Source of the DNA: a bacterium
Lineage (GTDB): Bacteria > RBG-13-61-14 > DATKZS01
Assembly (NCBI GenBank): GCA_046484135.1
Contig: JAWOBU010000232.1
Location: 1 to 51,852 of the forward strand
Direction: 5' to 3'
DNA length: 51,852 nucleotides
Positions within the stretch are counted from its first letter, which is position 1. Each line of letters opens with the position of its first letter. The translations under genes and the position numbers were made by a program. A model generated the notes under the pieces. That model was not told the origin of the DNA. It saw nothing but the letters and a program-made list of their open reading frames with translations, and made no database searches. Below, piece by piece: positions 9,783 to 20,499 of this stretch.

Positions 9783-10487
9783 ATGGAACGCAAAGAAGAG
9801 CTTTACAACGGCAAGGCCAAGCAGGTGTTTGCGACCTCGGACGCGGACAAGGTGATCATCTATTTCAAGGACGAGGCCACCGCGGGCGACGGTGACAAGC
9901 GTGGCATAATCAAGGGCAAGGGTCAGATCAACTGCGAGTTCACCTCCATTATCTTCGGTCTTCTGGAGGAGGAGGGCATAAAGACTCACATGATCGAGCA
10001 GCTCGGCCCGACCGAGCTTTTGTGCAAGAAGGTGGATATCCTTCCCATCGAGGTCATAGTGAGAAACTGGGTAGCCGGCGGCCTGGCCCGGCGCATGGGC
10101 ATGGAGGAGGGCACGCCCTTAAAGCGGACCATACTTGAACAGGACTACAAATGCGACGAGCTTCACGACCCCATGGTGAACATCTGGCACATCCTGGCCT
10201 TCGAGTACGCCACCCTGGAGCAGTACGACAGGATGAACGAGCTGGCCGAGAAGGTAAATGACATCCTGGTGCCTTACTTTGACAAGAAGGACATCATCCT
10301 GGTGGACTACAAGCTCGAGTTCGGGCTGGCCAGCGGGGAGATGGTGCTGGCGGACGAGTTCACGCCGGACGGCGCGCGCCTGTGGGACAAAAAGACCAAG
10401 CGCAAGCTGGACAAGGACCTTTTCCGCAGGGACATGGAGGGCATCGAGGAGGCCTACGCCGAGGCCCTGGAGCGGGTGCGGGGGTAG
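9783..10487 (+). CDS. purC: SAICAR synthase
   Basis: LYNGKAK, PIEVIVRN, LVDYKLEFG, LADEFTPD and LDKDLFR motifs; follows purB. Confidence 0.96.
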   Translation: MERKEELYNGKAKQVFATSDADKVIIYFKDEATAGDGDKRGIIKGKGQINCEFTSIIFGLLEEEGIKTHMIEQLGPTELLCKKVDILPIEVIVRNWVAGGLARRMGMEEGTPLKRTILEQDYKCDELHDPMVNIWHILAFEYATLEQYDRMNELAEKVNDILVPYFDKKDIILVDYKLEFGLASGEMVLADEFTPDGARLWDKKTKRKLDKDLFRRDMEGIEEAYAEALERVRG

Positions 10488-10534
10488 TAGTTGAAAGAGA
10501 GGGCGCTATAACGAAGCATTAGCGGTTCAGAGCG

Positions 10535-11896
10535 CTAAGGATTACCGGTTTCCTCCGGCGGGCCTTTGTCGGGAACCACCAGCTCGATGATCTTTTTCCA
10601 GGGGGAGGTGTCTTCGCCTTTTTGTCCGGGCTCCACCACCAGGAATACTATGACCGCGGCAAGTACTGCGATGGCGAGCAGGATAAACCGCCAGAGCCAC
10701 TTCAGAAGTATCTCTCCGGAGGATGACTCCTCTTTTTCTTCCTGCTTTTCAGACTTGGATTTTGCGGCGGCTTTGGGAGCGGAAGCGACCGGTTTGGGGT
10801 CCTCTTTTTGCTTTTTTTCACTTTCGGCTTTTTTGCCCGACGACGTCCTGGTCCTGGCCCCCGACTTCTCCGGGGAGGCCGCCGCCTGTTTCGACTTCGA
10901 GCCGGCGCCGGTTTTCCTGCCGGCAATGGCCCGGGTTTCGCCTTCCTCTGCAGCAGGCTCGTCGGTATCAGGCTCACGTTCGACCATGAAGTCCCGCACG
11001 GGCATGGTCTCCTCTCCCACGTCCGCCTGCTCGAGCCACCACTTTATTTCCCCGCGGAACTCGTCGCGGGAGCGGGAGCCCATGCACTTTTGCAGGGCGC
11101 GGGCGAGCTCTTCTCCTCCCTGGAAGCGCTTTTCCGGCTTCTTGTTCATGCACTTGTTGACCACTGCCTGCAGCCGGCGGGGGACCTCTCGGTTCAGGGA
11201 CCGGAGCTTCTTCTGCTTTTCCGTCCTTACTTTCTTGGAAAGGGTGGAGTCGCTGTCCGCCTTGAAGGGTTTTTCCCCCGCCAGTATCTCGTAGAGCACT
11301 ACCCCTAAAGAAAAGATATCTGAAGGAGGGTTGACCTCGTCGCCCAGAAGCTGCTCCGGGGACATGTAGCTGGGGGTCCCCAGAAAGGCCCCCGTTTTGG
11401 TCAGGTCGGAGTCCCTTTCCCTTACGATGCCGAAGTCCATGAGCTTGACCTCGGCGCGGGACGATATCATGATGTTGCCCGGCTTGACGTCGCGATGGAC
11501 CAGGCCCCGCTCGTGCGCGTAAGCCAGGGCCTGGGAGACCTCATGCCCGATCAGCGCGGCTATCATCGGCGGGACCGGCCCGGCCTGGGCCAGCAGGGTC
11601 TTCAAGTCCTGGCCCTCCACGTACTCCATCACTATAAAGAGACCGCCTTTTTTGGGCTCGCCGAAGTTGTAGACCTGCACGATGTTCTGGTGCACGATGC
11701 CGGCCGCGGTCTTGGCTTCCCTTTTGAAGCGCTCGGCAAGCTCGGGGTGGGCTGCAAACGCGGGCTTGATCTCTTTTACGGCCACGATCCTGCCCAGCGA
11801 GTTCTGCTTGGCCTTGTATACATCGGCCATGCCTCCCTCGCCAAGTTTCTCCAGGAGCTCGTAAGAGTCTTGAATGGTCCGCTGGGACGATTTCAT
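10535..11896 (-). CDS. Hanks-type Ser/Thr protein kinase with low-complexity linker and C-terminal TM helix
   Basis: LGEGGMADVY, VAVK, HRDVKPGN, DFG and GTPSYMSPEQ motifs; TM segment FILLAIAVLAAVIVFLVV. Confidence 0.93.
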   Translation of the reverse strand: MKSSQRTIQDSYELLEKLGEGGMADVYKAKQNSLGRIVAVKEIKPAFAAHPELAERFKREAKTAAGIVHQNIVQVYNFGEPKKGGLFIVMEYVEGQDLKTLLAQAGPVPPMIAALIGHEVSQALAYAHERGLVHRDVKPGNIMISSRAEVKLMDFGIVRERDSDLTKTGAFLGTPSYMSPEQLLGDEVNPPSDIFSLGVVLYEILAGEKPFKADSDSTLSKKVRTEKQKKLRSLNREVPRRLQAVVNKCMNKKPEKRFQGGEELARALQKCMGSRSRDEFRGEIKWWLEQADVGEETMPVRDFMVEREPDTDEPAAEEGETRAIAGRKTGAGSKSKQAAASPEKSGARTRTSSGKKAESEKKQKEDPKPVASAPKAAAKSKSEKQEEKEESSSGEILLKWLWRFILLAIAVLAAVIVFLVVEPGQKGEDTSPWKKIIELVVPDKGPPEETGNP

Positions 11897-11899
11897 TTA

Positions 11900-12658
11900 T
11901 CAGGCTTGTATCTCGATCACTAGTATGGTGGTGTTGTCCAGGCCGCCTGCTTCCAGTGCCATCCTCATCAGCTCGTCCACCGCGGCCTGGATGTCCATTT
12001 CGGAGATGACCTTCTGCACGGTCTCGTCTCCGACCATGTTGGACAGCCCGTCCGAGCAGAGCAGGTACTTGTCACCCGGCTGGAACTCCTCTTTCATGAG
12101 GTCCACGTCCACGTCCGGCTCGTGTCCCATGGACCGGGTGATGATGTTCTTTAAAGGGTGGTTCTCTGCTTCCTGCTTGTTCAGCATGCCGGCGTCTATC
12201 TGTTCCTGGACCCAGGAATGGTCGCGGGAGAGCTGGAAGAGGATGCCTTCCCTTAGCACGTAAATCCTGCTGTCCCCTACATGGGCTATGTTCACGTACT
12301 TGTCGTCGAGCTGGACCGCGGTTACGGTGGTGCCCATACCCCGGAGGGACGGGTCTTCCGAGGCTTTCTGGAACAGTTTGCGATTGGTCTCCTTCAAGGC
12401 ATGCAAGAGCCTGGTCTGGGCGGGCGTTTTCTCCGCCGGTCCTCCCACCGGCAGGGTGGACTCCTGGGCTTCCTGTTGCTTTATGACCTCTTCCTGGATC
12501 CACTGCACCGCGTGAGAGCTGGCATAGTCTCCCCCCTGGTGCCCCCCCATGCCGTCAGCCACTATGTAGAGAAGATGGTCGTCATTAACCAGGAAGGAGT
12601 CCTCGTTCGCCGTCCTTACCCTGCCCACATCGGTGGCGCCATAGGCCTTGACTTTCAT
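11900..12658 (-). CDS. PP2C-family Ser/Thr phosphatase (Stp1/PrpC-like)
   Basis: TDVGRVRTANED, VADGMGGH, MGTT, HVGDSR, LLCSDGL and DNTT motifs; start MKVKAYG at 12658 with SD GAGGTG. Confidence 0.93.
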   Translation of the reverse strand: MKVKAYGATDVGRVRTANEDSFLVNDDHLLYIVADGMGGHQGGDYASSHAVQWIQEEVIKQQEAQESTLPVGGPAEKTPAQTRLLHALKETNRKLFQKASEDPSLRGMGTTVTAVQLDDKYVNIAHVGDSRIYVLREGILFQLSRDHSWVQEQIDAGMLNKQEAENHPLKNIITRSMGHEPDVDVDLMKEEFQPGDKYLLCSDGLSNMVGDETVQKVISEMDIQAAVDELMRMALEAGGLDNTTILVIEIQA

Positions 12659-12660
12659 GC

Positions 12661-14052
12661 TCACCTCTTTTCCCGGCCCGACCCGCTCACGTCCACTTCC
12701 TCGATCAAAATGGCGGGCGAACCCGTGTCCCCACTGAACTTTAAATTGCAGCCCACGTCCGCGACCTTGTAAAGCACCTCTTGTAGGCTGCCGGCAATGG
12801 CCAGGCCGGTCACCGGCCCGCCCAGCGTCCCCTTTTCGATCCGGTAGCCGGAAGCGCCCAAACTGAACTCTCCGGTTACCGGGTCCGCGGTATGGAGTCC
12901 CAGAAGCTCGGTTATGTAAAGACCGGCATCCACCTTCCGGATCAGGTCCTCGCACTCGCACCGGCCGGGAAGCATGACCCAGTTGGAGGTGTCTACCGAG
13001 GGCGGAAGATAAAAAGCGCTCCTCATTCCGTTGCCGGTGGACGGAACCCCGAACTTGCTCCCATAATACAGGTTATAAAGAAAGCTCTCAAGCCGGCCGT
13101 CCCGGACCACGAAGGTCCGCCCGCAGGGCGTCCCTTCATCATCAAAAGGAAAGGCCCCCGGACCGTCCGTCATCAGCCCGTCGTCAACCAGGTTTACCAC
13201 GCTGGAAGCTATCTTCTCTCCCTGTTTGCCGGAAAGCCATGACCGTCCCTTGTCCACCGCGTCCGCGCATATGGCGGAAGCCAGCACGGAAAGAAAGCCG
13301 GCCGCGGATTCCGGGTCCAGCACCAGCGGCATCTTCCCGGTGGGGGCCTGCCCCGCTCCCAGCAGTCCCGCGGCTTTGCGGGCGGCCTCCGCCCCGATCT
13401 CGTCCGCCAGAAGTTTATCATAGTGGTGTACGGTTTCAAACTCGTCCGCGGCCTGGGCCTGGCCGTTCTCTTCCGCCACCGCTTCCAACGAGCCCGAACA
13501 CAAGGTGGCTTTTCCTTTCGCGTTCACCCCTTCCGAGTTTTTGATCCGCGCCTCGCTTTTAATCTCCTCGTACTCCGCGCCCCGGGTCCGCTTGATGCGG
13601 GGGTCATACGAAAGCGCGCTTCGCTCCAGGGTCTCGGCCCGTTTGATCTTCTCTTGCCGGTCTATCGAGTCCAGGCTTTCATCCACTATGTCGAGCTCCG
13701 GCAACTCAGCCGAACCGGGTTCCCCGAACCGGTTATGCTCGTCCTCCGGCAGGTAGGAAGCAGACTCGCAGGCCCGGTCTATGGCCTCTTGCAGCGAGCC
13801 CGGAAACAGCTTGTTGGTGTAAGCGAGCCCGATCCGATTGCCGGACCTGACCCGGACCGAAAAGCCGTTGGTCCGGGCGGATACCAGAGACTCGACCTCG
13901 CCCTCCCGGACCTCGATGGAAAGATGGTCCTCGTTCTCGAGATAAAGCTCCCAGCCGGAAACGGACCGCTTCTGCCGGCACAGCCTCTCCGCCTCCTCCA
14001 TGGCCTCGTCCGGAGAGAGGACCCTTGTCCGGATATCTTTTTTACCGCTCAT
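12661..14052 (-). CDS. pmbA: TldD/PmbA family protein (PmbA/TldE type, no HExxH)
   Basis: FPFDDEG, STGNG and C-terminal TGEFSLGASG..IAGS..GSP motifs. Start chosen at MSGKKD (14052), which abuts the recN stop. Confidence 0.85.
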   Translation of the reverse strand: MSGKKDIRTRVLSPDEAMEEAERLCRQKRSVSGWELYLENEDHLSIEVREGEVESLVSARTNGFSVRVRSGNRIGLAYTNKLFPGSLQEAIDRACESASYLPEDEHNRFGEPGSAELPELDIVDESLDSIDRQEKIKRAETLERSALSYDPRIKRTRGAEYEEIKSEARIKNSEGVNAKGKATLCSGSLEAVAEENGQAQAADEFETVHHYDKLLADEIGAEAARKAAGLLGAGQAPTGKMPLVLDPESAAGFLSVLASAICADAVDKGRSWLSGKQGEKIASSVVNLVDDGLMTDGPGAFPFDDEGTPCGRTFVVRDGRLESFLYNLYYGSKFGVPSTGNGMRSAFYLPPSVDTSNWVMLPGRCECEDLIRKVDAGLYITELLGLHTADPVTGEFSLGASGYRIEKGTLGGPVTGLAIAGSLQEVLYKVADVGCNLKFSGDTGSPAILIEEVDVSGSGREKR

Positions 14053-14053
14053 T

Positions 14054-15826
14054 TTAACTCGAACTCCTTTGACGGGATCTCCTTTTCCGAGGCGCATCAC
14101 CTGGTTTTTTCCCGGCCTTGGAGGTGTGCTTTTGAAAGGATGCATCTGCCGGCGCGCTTTTGTCGAGCATCTCCCGGGCATGGGCGCGGGCGGTATCGGT
14201 GACTTCCATTCCCGCCATCATCCGGGACAGCTCCTCGACCCTCTCGTCCTCGTCCAGCGCCTCGATCTCGGTCCAGGTCCTTTGCTTGTCCTGGTGCTTT
14301 ATGACCCGCGCGTGACGCTCCGCCGATGCCGCGATCTGGGGAAGATGGGTTACGCAGAGCACCTGGTGGTTTCCGGCCAGGGCGGCAAGCTTTCTGCCCA
14401 CCGCTTCCGCGACCGCTCCGCCCACACCTTCGTCTATCTCGTCAAACACCAGGGTGGGGATATCTTCGCCCCCCACCAGGAGGACCCGCAAAGCCAGCAT
14501 GATGCGGGAGAGCTCTCCTCCCGAGGCGATGCGCGAAAGCGGCTTGGGGTCCTCCCCCGGGTTGGGAGAGATGTAAAACGACACCGCGTCCGCGCCCACG
14601 GAGGACAGCTTCTTCAAAGGCTCGAACCGCACCTGGAAGCGGGTGTTATTCATGCCCAGGTCCCGGAGCTCAGCCTCCACGCTCTTCTCCAATTTCGAAG
14701 CAACCTTGCGCCTCGCTCGGCCCAGCTCATCTGCCAGCGCCGCGGCGTTCGATCTCGTCTTCTCGATCTCGTCCTCCAACTCCGCGGCCCGCTCCTCCTG
14801 CGTCGCAAGCGATGAAAGCTCCTGCCTGGCCTCTTCCAAAGTGGAAAGAACCGACTCCACTTCCCCCCCGTACTTGCGCTTCAGCCTCTTGATGTGCTCG
14901 AGCCGGTCTTCGATCCAGGCCAGCCGGTCGGGGTCGGACTCGATACCGTCCGCGTAGCTCCTAAGCTCGTGGGAGACGTCCTCCAGTATGGCCGCGGACT
15001 GGCTTACCTGGTCCAGCGGACCGTTCAACCACTCATCGTGCCGGGCCGCTTCCGAAAGCCGGTCCGTGACCGCGCGCAGAACTCCCAGCACCGACTCGTC
15101 CGCCTCGTAGAGAACCTCGACCGAGTAGCCTCCCGCGCTTTTCAGGGTCTCGGCGTGCTTGAGCCTCTCCCGCTCGGAGAGGAGCTCGTCCTCTTCTTCC
15201 GGCGAGAGCCCGGCCGACTCTATTTCCTGGATGCGATAGCGGAGCAGGTCCTGCCTCTCCCGCTTCGCCTGTTCGTCCATGTCCAGCCGGTCGCGCTCTT
15301 TCGTAAGCTCCCGGAGCTGGCGGTAGGCTTCCCGGTAGGTTTTAAGCTTTCCCTCCAGGTTGCCGAACGAGTCCAAAAGCTCGAGGTGTTTCTCCGGCCG
15401 GAGGAGGGTCTGGTACTCGTGCTGGCCGTAGATGTCCACCAAGCACCTTCCCAGCTCGAAGAGCCGCGCCTGGGTCTCCACCTTTCCGTTTACGCGCACC
15501 TTGCTCTTGCCCGACTTGCTCACCGTCCGGTGCACCGCGATCTCGGGGGGATGGTCCTGCCCCGGCTCGGTAAAACCGCGCTCGGCCAAAAGCGCCGCGG
15601 ACCCGCTCATGCCGGAGAGATCGAACAAGGCCTCGACCTCGGCCGCGTCGGCGCCGGTGCGGACCAGGCCGGACGACGCCCGCCCTCCCAGCACCAGGGT
15701 CAGCGCGTCCACCAGTATGGACTTGCCCGCCCCGGTCTCGCCGGTGAGAACGGTCAAGCCGGGAGAGACCTCGAGCTCTAAAGACTCGATGACCGCCAGG
15801 TCCTTTATCTTCAAAACCTGGAGCAT
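14054..15826 (-). CDS. recN: DNA repair protein RecN
   Basis: LTGETGAGKS Walker A, IYGQHE, ASGGELSR signature, VFDEID Walker B and CVTHLPQIA. Confidence 0.97.
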   Translation of the reverse strand: MLQVLKIKDLAVIESLELEVSPGLTVLTGETGAGKSILVDALTLVLGGRASSGLVRTGADAAEVEALFDLSGMSGSAALLAERGFTEPGQDHPPEIAVHRTVSKSGKSKVRVNGKVETQARLFELGRCLVDIYGQHEYQTLLRPEKHLELLDSFGNLEGKLKTYREAYRQLRELTKERDRLDMDEQAKRERQDLLRYRIQEIESAGLSPEEEDELLSERERLKHAETLKSAGGYSVEVLYEADESVLGVLRAVTDRLSEAARHDEWLNGPLDQVSQSAAILEDVSHELRSYADGIESDPDRLAWIEDRLEHIKRLKRKYGGEVESVLSTLEEARQELSSLATQEERAAELEDEIEKTRSNAAALADELGRARRKVASKLEKSVEAELRDLGMNNTRFQVRFEPLKKLSSVGADAVSFYISPNPGEDPKPLSRIASGGELSRIMLALRVLLVGGEDIPTLVFDEIDEGVGGAVAEAVGRKLAALAGNHQVLCVTHLPQIAASAERHARVIKHQDKQRTWTEIEALDEDERVEELSRMMAGMEVTDTARAHAREMLDKSAPADASFQKHTSKAGKKPGDAPRKRRSRQRSSS

Positions 15827-16672
15827 TCAGAGCTCCCCCCACCTCAGCTTGGTCCGGAGTATCTCGTAATAGTTCATGGAGGGGGAGGACACCAGCTTGA
15901 GACCGTGCTCGGCCGCTTTGATGGTTGCGCTTCTGCCGGGCGGCAAGGGGTTTGCCATCTGGCTGTCCGCGGTTACGTGCACTGTCTTGGCGTCGCTTTG
16001 CATGGTTACGGTTATGGTGGAAGTGCCGGGTATTACCAGCGGCCTCGAGGTCAGGGTATGAGGGCACAAAGGGGTAATTATAATGGAGCTTAGATCGGGA
16101 TGAACGATGGGCCCTCCCGCTGCCATGCAGTAGGCGGTGGACCCGGTAGCTGACGACACTAACAGTCCGTCGGCTCGAAAGGAGGTTACGAAAACGTTAT
16201 TGATCCTGGTTTCCAGGTCAATGACCCGGGGCAGACCGGCACAGGTAATGGAGACCTCGTTTAAGGCGTGCATCTTTACTTTTCCGGAATCGGTTTCCAT
16301 CTCGCAGGAGAGCACGTCCCTTTCCGTATAAGGAGCCTGGCCTTGGAGGGCCTTTACCAGGACCGGCTCCAGCTCTTCCGGCCGGACCTCGGTCAGAAAG
16401 CCCAGTCCGCCTGCGTTTACTCCCAGGACCAGGACGTCCCGGTCCACCACCATCTGGGCGGCCCTGAGCAGGGTCCCGTCTCCGCCAAAGACCAGTACCA
16501 GGTCAAGCCCTTCCGCCCACTCGCTTTCACTTGCGGGGGCCGCCTCCCCCAGCGGGCTCTGGGAGTCAAGGGTTTTCACTGAGTACCCTTTGCGGACGAG
16601 CTTCTCGACCTCGGCCGCGGCCAGCTCCCGGGCCCGCCGGGACTCTTCTCGGTAAATGACCCCGATCTGCAT
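15827..16672 (-). CDS. nadK: NAD(+) kinase
   Basis: GGDGT, LGFLT, LNE and DGLLVSSATGSTAY motifs; classic nadK-recN order; start MQIGVIY. Confidence 0.95.
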   Translation of the reverse strand: MQIGVIYREESRRARELAAAEVEKLVRKGYSVKTLDSQSPLGEAAPASESEWAEGLDLVLVFGGDGTLLRAAQMVVDRDVLVLGVNAGGLGFLTEVRPEELEPVLVKALQGQAPYTERDVLSCEMETDSGKVKMHALNEVSITCAGLPRVIDLETRINNVFVTSFRADGLLVSSATGSTAYCMAAGGPIVHPDLSSIIITPLCPHTLTSRPLVIPGTSTITVTMQSDAKTVHVTADSQMANPLPPGRSATIKAAEHGLKLVSSPSMNYYEILRTKLRWGEL

Positions 16673-16861
16673 CCGTTCACTCCGAAATAAGATAGGACTA
16701 ATGGTAACAGATAGAAAGTATTGCACGATAATAGTACACTCTCAAGCCGGGCGGAAGGTGTACGCCACAGTATTGTACACCCTGCCGGAGGTTTGACAGC
16801 GGGGGAGTGCTTACCTAGACTAGTAAAGCGAAACAGAAACACAACAGGAGCTTTTTATTTC

Positions 16862-17896
16862 ATGAAGAGAATTTTAATCGTTCTTCTCCTGGTCCTGGCC
16901 GGCCTCTCCTGCGATAAAGACAAAAGCGATGAGACCGCCTGCCTGGTAAACGAAGAGATACCGCCAGAGAAGTTAGACGGTATTGTCGAGACCGGAAATC
17001 AGCTCATGCATCTTCTGGAGACCGAGAAGTTCAAGGAGCTTTACGAAGCCGGGAGCGAGGAGATGCAGTCGCGGCAGAGCCTGGACCAGTTCCGGTATTA
17101 CCTGACGAGGATTGAAGAGTCCTTTGGAGAGCTCAGCTATCCCCAGCTTAGGGAGGTCTATCATTTAACGAGCTCCTCGGACAAAAAGCAGCTCTGGGTG
17201 CCCTGCAACCTGGGCAAAGAGGGGATGAACGACATGCACCTGGTCCCGGCGAACCGGACCCTGGCGGTGGTCGTATATCGGGCCCGGACCGAACGGGAGG
17301 CCGTCCGGGTCATAGTCCGGATGGAGAAGCAAAAGGACGGATGGAAGTTCAGTGCGGCCGAGCTTTACCCCATCACCATCAACCACAAGCTTTACAGCCA
17401 TTACTTCAAGAAAGCGCAGGAGTACCGGGAGAAGAACCATCTTCACCTGGCCGTGCTATACTATAAGACGGCGATCATGCTCTCGGAGATGGGGATGGGT
17501 GTGCAGGAGTTCGTTTCGCAGGCCATCGTCAAGCAGATCCAGCAGATCAAGGTGGACTACCTGCCCTCGGGCAAGATCGAGGCCTGGGAGGTAGGCGAGG
17601 ACGTTTTCAAGGTCTACACCGTTGACACCGCTTATGAAAAGGGCCACCATCTGGTCCAGGTCCGCTACGTCGCACCTTCCCTGGAGGACGAGGAGAAGCT
17701 GAAAAGCCAGGCCCGTAAGCTGGCCGGGTTTGTAAACCGGAAGTTTCCCCAGTACCGGAAGGGGTTTGACGGCATACGGATCATGGCCTCTTCGGAGAAG
17801 AACGCGGAAGCCATGAGGGCCTGGCACAAGACGTTTCTTTTCAGCGAGCTTCCCGAGCCTGAGAACATGCCGGAAACCGGGAAGGAATCCCCCTGA
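16862..17896 (+). CDS. Hypothetical lipoprotein
   Basis: MKR, hydrophobic core and LAGLS-C lipobox; SD AGGAG; codon usage typical of the window; co-oriented with the following operon. Confidence 0.75.
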   Translation: MKRILIVLLLVLAGLSCDKDKSDETACLVNEEIPPEKLDGIVETGNQLMHLLETEKFKELYEAGSEEMQSRQSLDQFRYYLTRIEESFGELSYPQLREVYHLTSSSDKKQLWVPCNLGKEGMNDMHLVPANRTLAVVVYRARTEREAVRVIVRMEKQKDGWKFSAAELYPITINHKLYSHYFKKAQEYREKNHLHLAVLYYKTAIMLSEMGMGVQEFVSQAIVKQIQQIKVDYLPSGKIEAWEVGEDVFKVYTVDTAYEKGHHLVQVRYVAPSLEDEEKLKSQARKLAGFVNRKFPQYRKGFDGIRIMASSEKNAEAMRAWHKTFLFSELPEPENMPETGKESP

Positions 17897-17945
17897 AAAA
17901 GATAAAACGCGAACTTGTTTTCTTCGCTGGAGGTTTTTATTAAAA

Positions 17946-19142
17946 ATGTCGGCCGACGTTAAACAGTTTCACCGCATCCAGCGTCTTCCGCCTTATGTGT
18001 TCGCCATGGTAGTGGAACAGATGATGAAAGAAAGGCGGGCGGGCGAAGACATAGTTGACCTGGGTATGGGCAACCCTGACGTTCCCACGCCCGAGCCTAT
18101 CGTCAACAAGATGAAGGAAGCGCTGGACAACCCCAAGAACCACCGCTACAGCGCCTCGCGGGGCATCAAGGGCATCAGGAAGGGCATCAGCAACTGGTAT
18201 CAGCGCCGCTACGAGGTCGAGCTGGACCCGGAGACCGAGGCCATCGCGACCATCGGGGCCAAGGAAGGGCTGGCCCACCTGGCGCTGGCGACGCTGGGGC
18301 CGGGCGATGTTATCTTCGTTCCCAACCCTTGTTATCCCATTCATTCTTACGCCTCGGTGATAGCGGGTGCGGACGTGAGGAGCATACCTCTTTGCGACGA
18401 CGTGGACTTCTTCGAGCAGCTCCGGTTCGCCACCAAGTATACCTGGCCGCTTCCCAAGATGATATTCCTGAACTTTCCCCATAACCCCACCACCCGGGTG
18501 GTTGACCTGGACTTCTTCCGGAAAGTGGTCGAGTTCGCCCGGGAGTACAAAATCTACATCGTTCACGACCTGGCTTACGCCGACCTTGTTTACGACGGGT
18601 TCCGGGCTCCCAGCCTGCTCGAGGTGCCGGGGGCCAAGGAGATCGGGGTCGAGTTTTACTCCATGACCAAGGGCTACTCCATGGCCGGCTGGCGGGTAGG
18701 GTTCTGCGTGGGCAATGCCGACCTGATCGCGGCGCTGGCCCGGATCAAGAGCTACCTTGACTACGGCATCTTCCAGCCCGTCCAGATCGCGGCCATCAAG
18801 GCCCTGAACGAGTGTGAAGACGAGCCTCCCCGCATAGCCGACGTGTACCGGTCGCGGCGGGACGCACTGGTGGACGGGCTGAACCGGATCGGATGGACGA
18901 TGGAAAAGCCCAAGGCCACCATGTTCGTGTGGGCCCGGATGCCGGAGAAGTATCAGGAGGCGGGCAGCCTCGAGTTCAGCCTCCGGATGCTCCGGGAGGC
19001 CAAGGTGGCGGTAAGCCCGGGCATCGGTTTCGGGGAGGTGGGGGAAGGCTACGTGCGCTTTGCGCTGGTGGAGAACGAACAGCGTATCAAGCAGGCGGTG
19101 CGGGGCTTAAAGCGCTGGTTCGAACGGGACGGCGGTCTTTGA
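17946..19142 (+). CDS. alaC: Class I/II PLP-dependent aminotransferase, AlaC/YfdZ-like
   Basis: [43 protein letters not shown] and KSYLDYG motifs; alaC-hom-thrC is a common gene order. Substrate not certain. Confidence 0.75.
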   Translation: MSADVKQFHRIQRLPPYVFAMVVEQMMKERRAGEDIVDLGMGNPDVPTPEPIVNKMKEALDNPKNHRYSASRGIKGIRKGISNWYQRRYEVELDPETEAIATIGAKEGLAHLALATLGPGDVIFVPNPCYPIHSYASVIAGADVRSIPLCDDVDFFEQLRFATKYTWPLPKMIFLNFPHNPTTRVVDLDFFRKVVEFAREYKIYIVHDLAYADLVYDGFRAPSLLEVPGAKEIGVEFYSMTKGYSMAGWRVGFCVGNADLIAALARIKSYLDYGIFQPVQIAAIKALNECEDEPPRIADVYRSRRDALVDGLNRIGWTMEKPKATMFVWARMPEKYQEAGSLEFSLRMLREAKVAVSPGIGFGEVGEGYVRFALVENEQRIKQAVRGLKRWFERDGGL

Positions 19143-19163
19143 TGATCGGGAATCGGAGGTTCC

Positions 19164-20474
19164 ATGAGTTCGGTTAAAGTGGGGCTGATCGGCTATGGCA
19201 CCATTGGTCAGGGTGTCATCCGTCTGCTCAAGGAGAACCGGAAGGATATCCGGGCAAGGCTGGGCGGAGAGATCGAGCTTTATGGAGTGGCGGACGCTGA
19301 CATCAAGAGCGAGCGGGCGGTCAAGGTCAACAAGGAGTTACTTACTAAAGACCCTTACAAGCTCATCAACGACCCGGAAATTGAGGTAATAGTGGAGCTG
19401 GCCGGGGACTGGCCGGGAGTGAAGAAGCTCATCCTGGACTCGTTGCGGGCGGGAAAGTCAGTGGTTACCGCCAATAAAGCGCTTCTGGCCAAGAACGGCA
19501 ACGAGATATTCCGGACCGCGAAAAAGCACGGCCGGGACGTTTACTACGAGGCCAGCGTTTGCGGTACCATTCCCATCATCCGGGTTTTACGGGAAGGACT
19601 TTCCGCCAACCGGCTCCAGTCCATCTACGGCATTGTTAACGGCACCTGCAACTACATTCTTACCGAGATGACCGCGGGGCGGGGAGACTACGCCGACATC
19701 CTTGCGCACGCTCAGTCCGCGGGCTACGCCGAGGCCAGGCCGGAGTCGGACGTGGAAGGGTACGACGCCGCCCACAAGCTGGCACTTCTGATCCGGCTGG
19801 GCTTCGGGGTCCCGGTCAAGCTGGGAGATATTTACCGGGAGGGCATCAGCCGGATATCCTCGGCCGACATCATGGCCGCCCATCACCTGGGTTTTGTGGT
19901 GAAGCTCCTGGCTATTGCCAAGCGGACGGACTCGGGGCTGGAAGCGCGGGTCCACCCGACCCTGGTGCCGGAGAACACTCCCCTGGCATCGGTGCACGGC
20001 GTGTACAACGCGGTTTACGTGGAAGGGAACTTCTCGGGAGCCACCCTGTACTACGGGCAGGGAGCGGGTCAGGAGCCCACTGCCGCCGCGGTGGTCGGCG
20101 ACGTGATCGAGCTCTCCCGCGGCATTCTGAAGGGGCACGAGGCCCGCCGGCTTCCTTCTGGATCGTTCCAGGACGACTTCCGTCCTTCTTTTACCATCCT
20201 GCCCTTCAAGGAGATCGAAAGCGAGTATTACCTCCGGCTCCAGGCCCGGGACCGGCCGGGGGTGTTGTCCCGGATTGCCGGCATCATCGGCAGTAACGAT
20301 ATAAGCATCCGGTCGGTGATCCAGCGCAATCGGGAGCGCGGCCCGGAGGCCGCGGTGATCATCATGACGCACCTTGCCAAGGAGTCGCGGATGCAGAAGG
20401 CCCTGGCGGAGCTCGGGAAGCTCAGGGAGGTAAAAGGTCCGATCCGTCTTATTAGAATCGAGCCCGGCTTGTGA
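19164..20474 (+). CDS. hom: Homoserine dehydrogenase with C-terminal ACT domain
   Basis: [36 protein letters not shown] and GQGAG motifs; ACT start DRPGVL. Confidence 0.96.
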   Translation: MSSVKVGLIGYGTIGQGVIRLLKENRKDIRARLGGEIELYGVADADIKSERAVKVNKELLTKDPYKLINDPEIEVIVELAGDWPGVKKLILDSLRAGKSVVTANKALLAKNGNEIFRTAKKHGRDVYYEASVCGTIPIIRVLREGLSANRLQSIYGIVNGTCNYILTEMTAGRGDYADILAHAQSAGYAEARPESDVEGYDAAHKLALLIRLGFGVPVKLGDIYREGISRISSADIMAAHHLGFVVKLLAIAKRTDSGLEARVHPTLVPENTPLASVHGVYNAVYVEGNFSGATLYYGQGAGQEPTAAAVVGDVIELSRGILKGHEARRLPSGSFQDDFRPSFTILPFKEIESEYYLRLQARDRPGVLSRIAGIIGSNDISIRSVIQRNRERGPEAAVIIMTHLAKESRMQKALAELGKLREVKGPIRLIRIEPGL

Positions 20475-20499
20475 AGCGGGCTTCACGGAGGCACAAACC

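Noticed and set aside
17946..19142. Calling the aminotransferase LL-DAP aminotransferase DapL because dapF and lysA are in the window
   Set aside because: Motifs and the position before hom-thrC fit AlaC/YfdZ better; DapL activity cannot be judged from sequence alone.
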